DNA of 64,000 nucleotides, from the NCBI GenBank assembly GCA_028285305.1, contig JANQPV010000004.1:41685-105684 (forward strand). Reading direction: 5' to 3'. Each line of letters begins with the position of its first letter. Position 1 is the stretch's first letter. This DNA comes from Alphaproteobacteria bacterium (GTDB lineage Bacteria > Pseudomonadota > Alphaproteobacteria > SMXP01). The notes beneath the pieces were generated by a model, which saw only the letters and a list, made by a program, of their open reading frames with translations, had not been told where the DNA came from and did no database searches. The position numbers and the translations under genes were made by a program. Below are positions 49,351 through 58,585 of the stretch, piece by piece.

Positions 49351-50451
49351 ATGAGTACAGGCTTCGTCTGGCACGAACGCACCATGTGGCACAATGTCGG
49401 CCCATCGACCGGCGCGTTGCCGAGCCGAGGCCTCTACCCGCCTGGTCAACATTACGAAAACGCGGACACCAAACGCAGGCTGAAGAACCTTCTGGATGGC
49501 TATGGCGTCACGGACCTACTTGAGGCGATCACCCCGACTCCGGCGACATTGGATCAAGTCAGATCGGTTCACGATACGGACTATATCGACCGCGTAAAGT
49601 CTCTGAGTGATGACATGGGCGGTGATGCGGGCGAATTTGCCTTGGTGGGCCCAGGCAGTTTCGAAATCGCTCTGATCACGGCAGGGGCCGCCATCGCCGG
49701 CGCAGAAGCCATCGCCGACGGCAAAGTGAAAAATGCCTATGTTCTCACGCGCCCGCCCGGCCATCACGCAGAACCGGACCGAGGCATGGGCTTCTGCATC
49801 TTTAACAATATCGGCATCGCCGTGCGCCACCTCCGCACCCAAGGAAAAGTGGGAAAGGTCGCGGTGGTCGATTGGGACGTCCATCATGGCAACGGTACGG
49901 AGACGGTCTTCTATGACGATCCGGAAACCCTGACCATTTCTCTCCATCAAGACGGTCTTTACCCCCATGACCGCGGTGGAATTGAAGACAAAGGGACGGG
50001 AAATGCGGTAGGCACTAACATCAATGTGCCCTTACCCCCTGGCTGCGGCGGCGGGGCCTACCTCCACGCAATTGATGAAGTTGTCCTGCCCGCCCTCAAT
50101 GCATTTGCCCCTGAGTTGGTCATCATCGCCTGCGGTTTCGATGCCAGTGTTGCAGATCCCATGTCGGCCATGATGCTCACCTCAACCCATTACCGGGCTA
50201 TGACCGGCAAGGTGAAAGGGTGGGTGGACGCTAATTCAGACGGAAAACTGCTTTGTGTCCACGAAGGCGGCTACTCCGCCGAGTACGTCCCATTCTGTGG
50301 TCTGGCGGTTATTGAACAGCTCAGCGGGATCGAAAGCGGATGCGTCGACGGCGCCGGGACCTATGCGGACTTGCAGACGGGCCAGGATCTCCAGCCCCAT
50401 CAAGCGGACGCCATTGCCGAGGCCAAGAAAGCTGCGCCGTTGTTGAACTGA
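49351..50451 (+). CDS. histone deacetylase-family amidohydrolase (acetylpolyamine amidohydrolase / AcuC-like)
   Basis: PPGHHAE and DWDVHHGNGTE zinc-site motifs. Confidence 0.85.
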   Translation: MSTGFVWHERTMWHNVGPSTGALPSRGLYPPGQHYENADTKRRLKNLLDGYGVTDLLEAITPTPATLDQVRSVHDTDYIDRVKSLSDDMGGDAGEFALVGPGSFEIALITAGAAIAGAEAIADGKVKNAYVLTRPPGHHAEPDRGMGFCIFNNIGIAVRHLRTQGKVGKVAVVDWDVHHGNGTETVFYDDPETLTISLHQDGLYPHDRGGIEDKGTGNAVGTNINVPLPPGCGGGAYLHAIDEVVLPALNAFAPELVIIACGFDASVADPMSAMMLTSTHYRAMTGKVKGWVDANSDGKLLCVHEGGYSAEYVPFCGLAVIEQLSGIESGCVDGAGTYADLQTGQDLQPHQADAIAEAKKAAPLLN

Positions 50452-50463
50452 CGGGGAGTGGGA

Positions 50464-51135
50464 TCAAAACCCTCCGGGCTCCCGAAAAATCATATCGATG
50501 ATCGCATCTGCATGGGCGTTCAGGGCCTGTTCCGACATGATATCGCCACCGGGAAATTTGTTCGTGAGCACCGGTAGTGCCATGGGAAACGACCCTCCGT
50601 GGGTGATCATGAAAAAGAGCGTTCGCGGCGAAACATCCGCAAGGGAACCTTCTCCTTTGGCCTCATTGATCAGCTCACTCATCACTGCGTAAAAGGGGGA
50701 GATCAGCTGGTCCGCGACATGTATCCCGCGGGAACCTTCGTTGTCGCCGTCGAAAACGATCATTCGGCTAAGCTGCGGCCATTGCGCGGAGATGCTGATG
50801 AACCAGCGGATGACAGATTTCAGCTGACGGGTCGCCGTCTCTTCTGGAGAAGCCAACACTTCCTGCATTTCAAGACCAAGCGTTTCCGCAAGATGATCAA
50901 TGCAGGCTCTCCAAAGGGCCTCTTTGGAGCCGAAATAGTAGCGCGTCAGGCCGATGTCGGCGCTCGCGCGTTCGGCAATTTGACTAAGGGAAACCCCGTC
51001 GAACCCTCGCGCGCCGAACGCATCAATCGCCGCGAGAAGGATATCCTTCTTTTTATCGGTTTCTGGGGCTAAGCGCGGCCGGCCTGGTCCACGCTTCTCT
51101 TGCGTCCCTCGAGTTTCAATCTTCTCTTTTTTCAT
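50464..51135 (-). CDS. TetR family transcriptional regulator
   Basis: HTH GFDGVSLSQIAERASADIGLTRYYFGSKEAL. Confidence 0.8.
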   Translation of the reverse strand: MKKEKIETRGTQEKRGPGRPRLAPETDKKKDILLAAIDAFGARGFDGVSLSQIAERASADIGLTRYYFGSKEALWRACIDHLAETLGLEMQEVLASPEETATRQLKSVIRWFISISAQWPQLSRMIVFDGDNEGSRGIHVADQLISPFYAVMSELINEAKGEGSLADVSPRTLFFMITHGGSFPMALPVLTNKFPGGDIMSEQALNAHADAIIDMIFREPGGF

Positions 51136-51169
51136 TCTTCAGGTACGAGCGCCGCCCTCCCTCAATTAA

Positions 51170-51217
51170 ATTCTACATCCATAGAATATATATTGACATA
51201 TTCTACAATCATAGAAT
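51170..51217. promoter_or_regulatory. two tandem ATTCTA-N6-TAGAAT palindromes (candidate TetR operators)
   Basis: ATTCTACATCCATAGAAT (51170-51187) and ATTCTACAATCATAGAAT (51200-51217), between the TetR gene and the divergent 51249 gene. Confidence 0.5.
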
Positions 51218-51248
51218 AAATCGATTAGAGATTGAAAGGGATCGCAAA

Positions 51249-51977
51249 GTGACGAGAGTTCTTACTGCGGCTGGTGCAGTGCTTCTTTTGGTTCTTCTAT
51301 TTGGATGGAATCCGTTTTCCGGCCACCGCGATACGACGGGTGTTCTCGCCGAGGGCTATACGGGTTTTGAAACCGGTGTAAAGCGCCAGCCAAACGGCGT
51401 CTACCGGGTCCGGGCTCTCACAAGAATGCCGGGCGTCAAGGCGGACATGGTCCGGTGGTGGTTTGCCGACTACATGCAAACAACGGCCCATTACAAGAGA
51501 TGGCACCCAACGGCCCACGTCTGGATGGATTGGGAAAACAAAGTCCCGGGCGAAATTGTCGGGGCAAGTCATTTGGTGCACGAATATATCGGCGAAGACT
51601 TTCAAAAACTGCGCATCCAGTTCGTTGAGCCGTCGGGACTGCTGGGGGACTTAGAAGATCGCCGCGACCGATTCGTGATCTGCGCAAAAGCCGGGTCTTT
51701 GGAAGAGCCCCTAAACCTCTCCACAATGTGCCATATCGTTCGGGACACCGAGTGGGGGGCGGAGATGCGATCGGTCTTTTGGTTGGGGCACGTATCGAAA
51801 CGCGAAGGAAACGAAAACGTGAGTTCGATCGAAGGTCTCTTAGGCAACACCTGGTTGGCCCGGCGTGTGTTGGTCGGCGAGAGTTTCGCCGTGGACCTGA
51901 TGACCCACGCCATCGAGGAGATGGGATATCTCGCCGACTTTCTACCAGATTTGTATACTGAGGAAAACCTATTCTAG
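51249..51977 (+). CDS. hypothetical protein (N-terminal signal anchor; possible hydrolase)
   Basis: 242-aa ORF with good coding statistics. GTG start after AAAGGGA. Divergent from a TetR gene whose tandem operators lie in the shared promoter. Confidence 0.45.
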   Translation: MTRVLTAAGAVLLLVLLFGWNPFSGHRDTTGVLAEGYTGFETGVKRQPNGVYRVRALTRMPGVKADMVRWWFADYMQTTAHYKRWHPTAHVWMDWENKVPGEIVGASHLVHEYIGEDFQKLRIQFVEPSGLLGDLEDRRDRFVICAKAGSLEEPLNLSTMCHIVRDTEWGAEMRSVFWLGHVSKREGNENVSSIEGLLGNTWLARRVLVGESFAVDLMTHAIEEMGYLADFLPDLYTEENLF

Positions 51978-52025
51978 AATCGCTCCGGAACAAGCTGACA
52001 GGATCTCAAGACAAGGAAAAAGAGT

Positions 52026-53777
52026 ATGAGAACAATTGGAATCACGCTTGGATTTTTCGCCATCCTCATTGCTTTGGGTCTTTACTATGTTCTCGGAACG
52101 GAACCGACTCTGCACGCGACGTCAGACCTGTCTGACCTGCTGGGCACGCCAGACAGTCCAATCATCGTCAAAGATATATCTGCGTTCGAGGATCAGGTCC
52201 TCATTGACAAAGATGTAGGCGTGATGACGCGCGACGGGATACGACTGTCGGCGAATGTCTTTCGTCCGAAGACCCCGGGGCAATACCCGGTGGTGATGAC
52301 CTTCACAGCCTATCACAAAGACGAAACACCCCGTCAGTACCCAGATTATTTGCGCAGACACGCTGGTCCGGACTACGATATGGGAGAGATTAAGGTTAGC
52401 CCATGGACACCATGGGAAGCGCCGGATCCAGCCTACTGGGTTGAGCAGGGGTATGTTGTCGTTATTCTCGACAGCCGCGGCTACGGCAAGTCCGAAGGTG
52501 TAGCCGGTGTGCTGAGTATTCAGGACCGGTACGACTTTCATGACGCCATCACCTGGGCCGGTACGCGGGAGTGGAGCAATGGAAATGTTGGGCTGACCGG
52601 GGTCTCTTACCTCGCCATCTCCCAATGGATCGCGGCGAGCAATGCGCCCGAACATCTCAAGGCCATCATGCCCTGGGAGGGCCAGAGCGACAATTTTCGT
52701 GAGGTGCTCTTTCATGGCGGTATTCCGGAGACCGCCTTCACCAACTTTTGGCTGACCCGCGTTCGCAGCAAAGCCAACGAGACGAGCCTGCCGCCCCACA
52801 GAATAATGCGCTTTGCCGGTGAGCGGCCGATGTTGATGAAGCGCCTGCAATCACGCATGGCCCCGTCCGGGATCGCGCTAGAAGAGATTTCAGTCCCCGC
52901 GTTGATCTGCGCGAGTTGGTCCGACCACGGCATGCACACACGCGGGTCCTTTGAAGGCTTCAAACGTATCTCGTCAAATCAGAAATGGCTGTACACCCAC
53001 GGTCAGCCCAAGTGGGACGTCTACTACAGTGACGAGGCGCTGGAGGTGCAAACCGCCTTCTTCGATCATTTTCTGAAGGGCGAAGACAATGGTTTTGAAA
53101 CGCGGCCCAGCGTCCGCCTTGAAGTACGTGATAACTTGAAGGACTATACCGTCCGCTATGAAGACACATGGCCGTTGCCTTCTACTGTCCCGGTGCCACT
53201 TTTTCTCAATGCTTCTGATGGTATGCTGAGCAATACCGCACTGGCAGAGTCGGCCAAGCAGAGTTACGACGCGCGGGAAGGAAGCGCCGCGTTTCGCAAG
53301 ATCTTTCAGGAAGAGACAGAGCTTTCCGGCAACATGAAGCTCAGACTTTGGGTCGAAGCTGAAGGCGCCCGGGATATGGACCTCTTTGTCGCGATCAAGA
53401 AATACGATGCAACCGGTAGGGAAGTAACATTTTACGGCAAAGCGGGGTACGCGAAAACGCCAGTTGCCCTGGGTTGGTTACGGGTCTCTCAACGCGAGTT
53501 GGATGCCGAGCAGTCGACCCCCTTACAACCTGTTTTGGCCCATGCTCGAAGTCTGCCTTTGGGGCGCGAAGAGATTGTCCCTGTAGAGATTGAAATCCTA
53601 CCCAGCAGCACCCGGTTTATGCCGGGCGAAGCGTTGGAAGTCGTTATCCAAGGCCGGGATCATTTCGATCATATGGCGCTCGCTCACACAAAGACCGTCA
53701 ACAAAGGGGCGCACGTCATCCATACTGGTGGCGCTTATGACTCGCATCTGCTCGTGCCGCTAATTCCGGCGGAGTGA
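52026..53777 (+). CDS. CocE/NonD family hydrolase (S15 X-Pro dipeptidyl-peptidase-like)
   Basis: MTRDGIRLSANVFRP...YPVVMTFTAY, ILDSRGYGKSEG nucleophile region and a C-terminal beta-sandwich domain. Confidence 0.8.
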   Translation: MRTIGITLGFFAILIALGLYYVLGTEPTLHATSDLSDLLGTPDSPIIVKDISAFEDQVLIDKDVGVMTRDGIRLSANVFRPKTPGQYPVVMTFTAYHKDETPRQYPDYLRRHAGPDYDMGEIKVSPWTPWEAPDPAYWVEQGYVVVILDSRGYGKSEGVAGVLSIQDRYDFHDAITWAGTREWSNGNVGLTGVSYLAISQWIAASNAPEHLKAIMPWEGQSDNFREVLFHGGIPETAFTNFWLTRVRSKANETSLPPHRIMRFAGERPMLMKRLQSRMAPSGIALEEISVPALICASWSDHGMHTRGSFEGFKRISSNQKWLYTHGQPKWDVYYSDEALEVQTAFFDHFLKGEDNGFETRPSVRLEVRDNLKDYTVRYEDTWPLPSTVPVPLFLNASDGMLSNTALAESAKQSYDAREGSAAFRKIFQEETELSGNMKLRLWVEAEGARDMDLFVAIKKYDATGREVTFYGKAGYAKTPVALGWLRVSQRELDAEQSTPLQPVLAHARSLPLGREEIVPVEIEILPSSTRFMPGEALEVVIQGRDHFDHMALAHTKTVNKGAHVIHTGGAYDSHLLVPLIPAE

Positions 53778-53954
53778 AGTGCTTCACGCCGCCAAAGTTG
53801 CACTGAGTTGGGAAAGGCGAAACAGACCTGCACGATTGTCTCTGGCACGAAATGGACACGCAATACCCGCTAAAAGACGTCCTCTTTGAAATCTAATCTG
53901 GACTTAGGCTCGTAGAGAGTTGGGACGGATCATATTTCATGATGTTCACGAGCG

Positions 53955-54983
53955 ATGGGCCAGATTTCTTCTGTCTTTGTTCATAAGGTGATTAACGCCG
54001 CGACGTCTCATGCACCGCGCGACGACGCCCGGCGACGGCATCTCTTTGCCTCAGCCGGGGTGGACCCAAGTGCGCCGATAGATGGCAAAATCATGGTCCC
54101 CGACATCGACTACTACAAACTGTGTGAGCGTGTTGCGCGCGAGGACGAACATGGTCGGTCTGTCTCTGTGCGTGTGGGAGCGTCGATGAAGTGTGATGAT
54201 TATGGCGCCTTCGGTCTTGCTTGGAAGTCGGCGGTGAATCTGCGCGGCTCCTACGGACGGGCAGAGCGATATGGCCGGGTGCTGACGAGCGTCTCGACCT
54301 ATGAGATCAAAAACGAGCGTGGAAAGTCGAATTTGGTGCTCCATCGTGAGGGAGATCAGCGGCTGGGCCTGCACATTTCCAACGAACAGACGATCGCGGC
54401 AATTACTCAAATAAGCCGGGAAGTATCTCAGAAGGACTTTAGCCCCGAGGCGGTCTACTTTAAGCACAAATCACCGGACGATATTTCACGGCACGAGGAC
54501 TATTTCAAATGTCCAGTGATCTTCGAGAGTGAGTACGACGCGCTGCAAGTCTCCGAAGAGATGCTGGCCATCCCTAATCGTCTTGGCGATGCAGGCCTCT
54601 CGAATTTTTTCGACACGCATCTGGAAAAAGAACTCTCCGAACTCGAAGACGATCTCGGACTGGACCAACAAGTCCGAATACAGATTTCTCAAGCGCTCAG
54701 CGAAGGAGTGCCGACGATTTCAGATGTGGCGCGCCGGTTGGGGTTGAGTGGGCGAACCTTACAGCGCCGACTGTCCGAGAGAGGCTATGCCTACCAAGAG
54801 CTTGTGGATAGTGCTCGCCAGCAGCTGGCCGAGAAATTGTTGCAGCAAACCGACTATCCCCTCGTCGATATCGCATTCCTCACCGGGTTTTCGGAACAAA
54901 GCGCCTTTACCCGCGCATTCAAGAGATGGCGCGGGCAAACACCGCGGTCGTACCGGCTGGACGCTGAGCCCGCCTCCGGATGA
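53955..54983 (+). CDS. AraC family transcriptional regulator
   Basis: C-terminal double HTH (ISDVARRLGLSGRTLQRRL...GFSEQSAFTRAFKRWRGQTP). Confidence 0.8.
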   Translation: MGQISSVFVHKVINAATSHAPRDDARRRHLFASAGVDPSAPIDGKIMVPDIDYYKLCERVAREDEHGRSVSVRVGASMKCDDYGAFGLAWKSAVNLRGSYGRAERYGRVLTSVSTYEIKNERGKSNLVLHREGDQRLGLHISNEQTIAAITQISREVSQKDFSPEAVYFKHKSPDDISRHEDYFKCPVIFESEYDALQVSEEMLAIPNRLGDAGLSNFFDTHLEKELSELEDDLGLDQQVRIQISQALSEGVPTISDVARRLGLSGRTLQRRLSERGYAYQELVDSARQQLAEKLLQQTDYPLVDIAFLTGFSEQSAFTRAFKRWRGQTPRSYRLDAEPASG

Positions 54984-55089
54984 CGTTGTTTGTCGTTGTC
55001 GGTCAAAACTACGGCGCCAACTGTCAATAATCCAAACCTGCAACGCCCTAGACCTTCTCCCGTCCAACCCTTGGAAAGGAGAAGTTGAG

Positions 55090-55944
55090 ATGTTCAAGTT
55101 TGGCAAAAAACAAGACACAGCTCGCCCGGTTCTCGTTCTGGGCAGCACCGGCAAGATCGGACGCCGTGTTGCGACGAAGTTAAGTGACCTCAACGTTCCG
55201 GTCAGACAGGGATCGCGCTCGGCAGTGCCATCCTTCGATTGGTCGAATGAGAAAGGATGGGATGCCTGTCTTGACGGCGTTGAGTCCGTCTACATCAGTT
55301 ATGCACCCGATCTGGCAGTACCTGGCGCAACCGACGCGATCAGGGCGCTGTGTCAACGTGCGAAAACAAAAGGCGTTGAGCGCCTTGTTCTTTTGTCCGG
55401 GAGGGGCGAAGCCGAGGCACAAGCCTGTGAAGCAATTGTTCAACAAAGCGGTCTAGATTGGACGATTGTCCGGGCAAGTTGGTTCCATCAGAATTTCTCT
55501 GAAGGCGCCTTTCTCGATATGGTCCGTACAGGGCAAATCACGCTTCCTGTGGGGGAGGTAGCCGAACCGTTTGTAGACGCCGATGACATAGCCGACGTCG
55601 CTGTCGCGGCACTCACCGAATCCAGGCATTCAGGTGAAGTCTACGAAGTGACGGGCCCGCGATTGATGACATTCGATGAAATCGCGGCCGAGCTTTCACA
55701 AGCCAGCGGACGCGACATTCAGTTCGTTCAAATCCCACATGACGCTTTCGTGGACGGTGTCAAAGCATCCGGCGCACCCCAGGAAGTGGTTTGGATGATG
55801 GATTACTTGTTTTCAACCGTTCTTGACGGCCGGAACGCCTATCTCACGGACGGTGTCCAGCGGGCTCTGGGGCGCGAACCAAAAGACTTCGCCGATTATG
55901 CCCGCGAAGTGGCGTCGTCCGGACTTTGGAGGGCTGTAGCATGA
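55090..55944 (+). CDS. NmrA-like / NAD(P)H-binding atypical SDR
   Basis: VLVLGSTGKIGRRV Rossmann motif. RBS GGAAAGGAGAAG. The longer 54748 ORF is a spurious N-extension across the intergenic region. Confidence 0.7.
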   Translation: MFKFGKKQDTARPVLVLGSTGKIGRRVATKLSDLNVPVRQGSRSAVPSFDWSNEKGWDACLDGVESVYISYAPDLAVPGATDAIRALCQRAKTKGVERLVLLSGRGEAEAQACEAIVQQSGLDWTIVRASWFHQNFSEGAFLDMVRTGQITLPVGEVAEPFVDADDIADVAVAALTESRHSGEVYEVTGPRLMTFDEIAAELSQASGRDIQFVQIPHDAFVDGVKASGAPQEVVWMMDYLFSTVLDGRNAYLTDGVQRALGREPKDFADYAREVASSGLWRAVA

Positions 55945-56366
55945 CCCGTATTCTGACACGCAGTGTACTTATCATTTCAGGTGTGTTGGGAATTATGATC
56001 GGAGGATCGCTGCTTTTTCAGCCGCACGCCTTTTTTCTAACCAACGGAGTAGATTTGGGAGGGGATCCCAATTTGCTTTCAGAGATAAGAGCTCCGGGCG
56101 GTCTGCTGGTCGCTGCGGGCGCGATGATGATAACCGGAGCCTTCAGAAGCAAATATATGCAACAAGCGCTCCAGGTTGCGCTGATCGTCTTCGGCACCTA
56201 CGGCCTGGCTCGAATGGTAAGTATTATGACCGATGGTATTCCATCGAATACTTTGCTCGCCGCGTTGGCCGTCGAATTGCTCGTCAGCGGCTATGCCGTT
56301 GCGGCATTACTTAAACGCAAATCGTTAAACACAGCTAAGGAGGACAAGATCGCTCATGCCTACTGA
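55941..56366 (+). CDS. small membrane protein (DUF4345-like)
   Basis: 4 predicted TM helices. Overlaps the neighbouring genes by a few bp, operon-like. Confidence 0.45.
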   Translation: MTRILTRSVLIISGVLGIMIGGSLLFQPHAFFLTNGVDLGGDPNLLSEIRAPGGLLVAAGAMMITGAFRSKYMQQALQVALIVFGTYGLARMVSIMTDGIPSNTLLAALAVELLVSGYAVAALLKRKSLNTAKEDKIAHAY

Positions 56367-56844
56367 TTGGATCATCTATGCGTGCCTGATACTCGGCCTA
56401 TCGAGCGCTCTCGTTGGCGGTGTCTTGAAGGGCTTCTCAGAGTTCATCATGAAAGGACTTCAACTGACGGACCCGTCCGGAGGCATCGAAGCGATGCAGC
56501 ACATCAATCGCACGGTGATGCGGACTGAGTTCATCTTCTCGTTCATGGCGCTGGCGCCGCTGACGATTGGGATGGCGGCGTACAGCTGGATCTCTCTGAG
56601 CGGGATTGAGCGCGGCCTAATAGTATCTGCGTGCCTTATTTACATCTCCACCGTCTTTCTCGTGACGATTCTCGGAAATGTGCCGATGAACAATCGATTG
56701 GCCAGATTGCCCTTTTCATCTGCTGAAGCGGAGGTTTATTGGAAAGAGTACGGACGGAAATGGACCCAGTTGAACCATGTCAGAACGGTTGGTTCGATCA
56801 TCACATCAGTGCTCTTTCTTTTGGCGATGGTCACCGTGGCCTAA
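56356..56844 (+). CDS. DUF1772 (anthrone-oxygenase-like) membrane protein
   Basis: GNVPMNN motif and 4-TM layout typical of DUF1772. Confidence 0.5.
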   Translation: MPTDWIIYACLILGLSSALVGGVLKGFSEFIMKGLQLTDPSGGIEAMQHINRTVMRTEFIFSFMALAPLTIGMAAYSWISLSGIERGLIVSACLIYISTVFLVTILGNVPMNNRLARLPFSSAEAEVYWKEYGRKWTQLNHVRTVGSIITSVLFLLAMVTVA

Positions 56845-56928
56845 CCAGATTGGGGCGCAATCAAACTCGCGGGCCGCTCAAGGGGCGTGCGGCCCGCTCT
56901 TTAGCATCGACAGAGAGTCCAAATGGGA

Positions 56929-57288
56929 CTAGCCTCCGTCTGGCTTTCTCGGATCCTGACTTTCAGAATAGAGCGTTTCACCCGGCGTGAAATAGAGAAA
57001 CTTTGCGCCGTCTGGGGCGCCCGGCTTGTGCCAGATACCCTGAGGAACAACAAACGATGTGCCTTCTGGCGCGGTATAGTGATTGGACCCATCCCGTTCT
57101 AAGAGCGTAATCTCAACGGTACCTTCGATAACGTAAAAGAACTCGTCTGTATCAGGATGCATTTCCCACCCAGGCGAAACGCCAGTAATCCTGCAGGCGC
57201 CGAAGGACTTCCCGTTGAAAGAGTTGAATTCCAGGAAGGAGCCTTCTGGGTTTTCACTCAAGAGATGCAACAAATCGGTCGTTTCCAA
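56929..57288 (-). CDS. cupin domain protein
   Basis: GxWHxxG-like motif GIWHKPGAP in a 119-aa beta-barrel-sized ORF. Confidence 0.6.
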   Translation of the reverse strand: METTDLLHLLSENPEGSFLEFNSFNGKSFGACRITGVSPGWEMHPDTDEFFYVIEGTVEITLLERDGSNHYTAPEGTSFVVPQGIWHKPGAPDGAKFLYFTPGETLYSESQDPRKPDGG

Positions 57289-57567
57289 TGGTCTCTCCTT
57301 TTTCTGGACGCCCTAAAAGCACGATGGCTTCACGCATCAAAATGATCCTTAAGGGGTACCTGCATTTTGGCGCGCATCTCGCGAGAGTCCTAGCATGCTC
57401 TGCGGTCCCATTCTCGAGCAAACGAAAAGACATCTCCGCCAACGCAAGTGTCGTGTCATTCATTGGAGCGCGGAGCCCATCCACCACACACGATCGCAAC
57501 CTCTTCACAAATTCCGCAGTCGTGGGCTAGACTAACAGTGGTTGCTAAGAAGGGGGGTCCGTTCAAT

Positions 57568-58518
57568 ATGTCTTTCAGGATGACAGGGGCGCTGATTGTG
57601 CTCGTAGTCGTTGGTGTCTTTGTTTTCTTTGCATTTCAGAACACCACTGTAAGAAACCTTCTGTATGCATTGAACTATGATCGGACCTTGGTTTCTTACT
57701 CTCAAGTCGACACCACTGTTTCGGATGTCACAAGCGATGTCGATCCAAAGGGGCGATCGGCCTCACTGATCTCAGCGTTTTTTGGCCTAGATGATGCGCT
57801 CCCCCCATTAGCCAATCTGATTGCGTGCGAAGGCGCGGCCGGAAACGATGGTATGCCGGTTATCTTTTCTCACGAGGTTGACTTGCAAACACTGGAGCCG
57901 GGAGATTTCAAAGTAACCACATCAAAAGGCACAGTCGGCGAGATAACGTGCCTCACGCTGGCGCCGGCGGACGGCCCTGGCGAGCTACGCACTGTATTGC
58001 TGATCGGTCAATATGGAAGCATTGATGATCAACCGGCTACCGTCGAGATTGTTGGCAATGTGATCTCTCTCGACAACTCAGTGAATTTCAAAGGGGCAAG
58101 CGTGGAGGTAACGCCTTTGGAGGATGGGCCGAGTCTCGTCTGGGCTGAACGTGTCCCGGAGGGGGAATGGGTGCTCGATGCGCAAGGAACCGGCATTCCC
58201 TTTGGGGGTGGGACCGGCTGTCCGGCCAACACCAAACAAATCATTCGCGCAACGTGGAACGGTGGGATTACAAAGCCGAACGGTCTGGATGCGGATGATC
58301 TGGAGCGTCAGCTATACAGCGTCACTGTTGAACGGCCAGATCAATCCCTAGATGACATGACACCATTTGCGCTCGGTGATTTGAACGACGGCGACAACAA
58401 TCACAAACTTTGTCTTGATACGACCGATCGCGTGAAATCGATATCTTTCCCCGCTGGCCACTTAACCGACCCGCGTGATGATTTGAACCCGTCAACATCA
58501 GTTTCTATTTTGAAATGA
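57568..58518 (+). CDS. hypothetical membrane-anchored extracytoplasmic protein
   Basis: RBS AAGAAGGGGGG before the ATG at 57568. N-terminal TM LIVLVVVGVFVFFAF. No recognisable domain. Confidence 0.45.
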   Translation: MSFRMTGALIVLVVVGVFVFFAFQNTTVRNLLYALNYDRTLVSYSQVDTTVSDVTSDVDPKGRSASLISAFFGLDDALPPLANLIACEGAAGNDGMPVIFSHEVDLQTLEPGDFKVTTSKGTVGEITCLTLAPADGPGELRTVLLIGQYGSIDDQPATVEIVGNVISLDNSVNFKGASVEVTPLEDGPSLVWAERVPEGEWVLDAQGTGIPFGGGTGCPANTKQIIRATWNGGITKPNGLDADDLERQLYSVTVERPDQSLDDMTPFALGDLNDGDNNHKLCLDTTDRVKSISFPAGHLTDPRDDLNPSTSVSILK

Positions 58519-58585
58519 GATCCGGCCGATTTGGGGGCCGCATGACCGCGCCCATTCGGGACGGCAATTGAGGAGAATTCCAGAA

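Noticed and set aside
52122-52850. 242-aa minus-strand ORF
   Set aside because: Antisense to the CocE/NonD hydrolase gene.
54748-55089. N-terminal 114 codons of the 398-aa ORF
   Set aside because: They run through the AraC 3' end and the intergenic region. The real NmrA-like gene starts at ATG 55090, which has a strong RBS.
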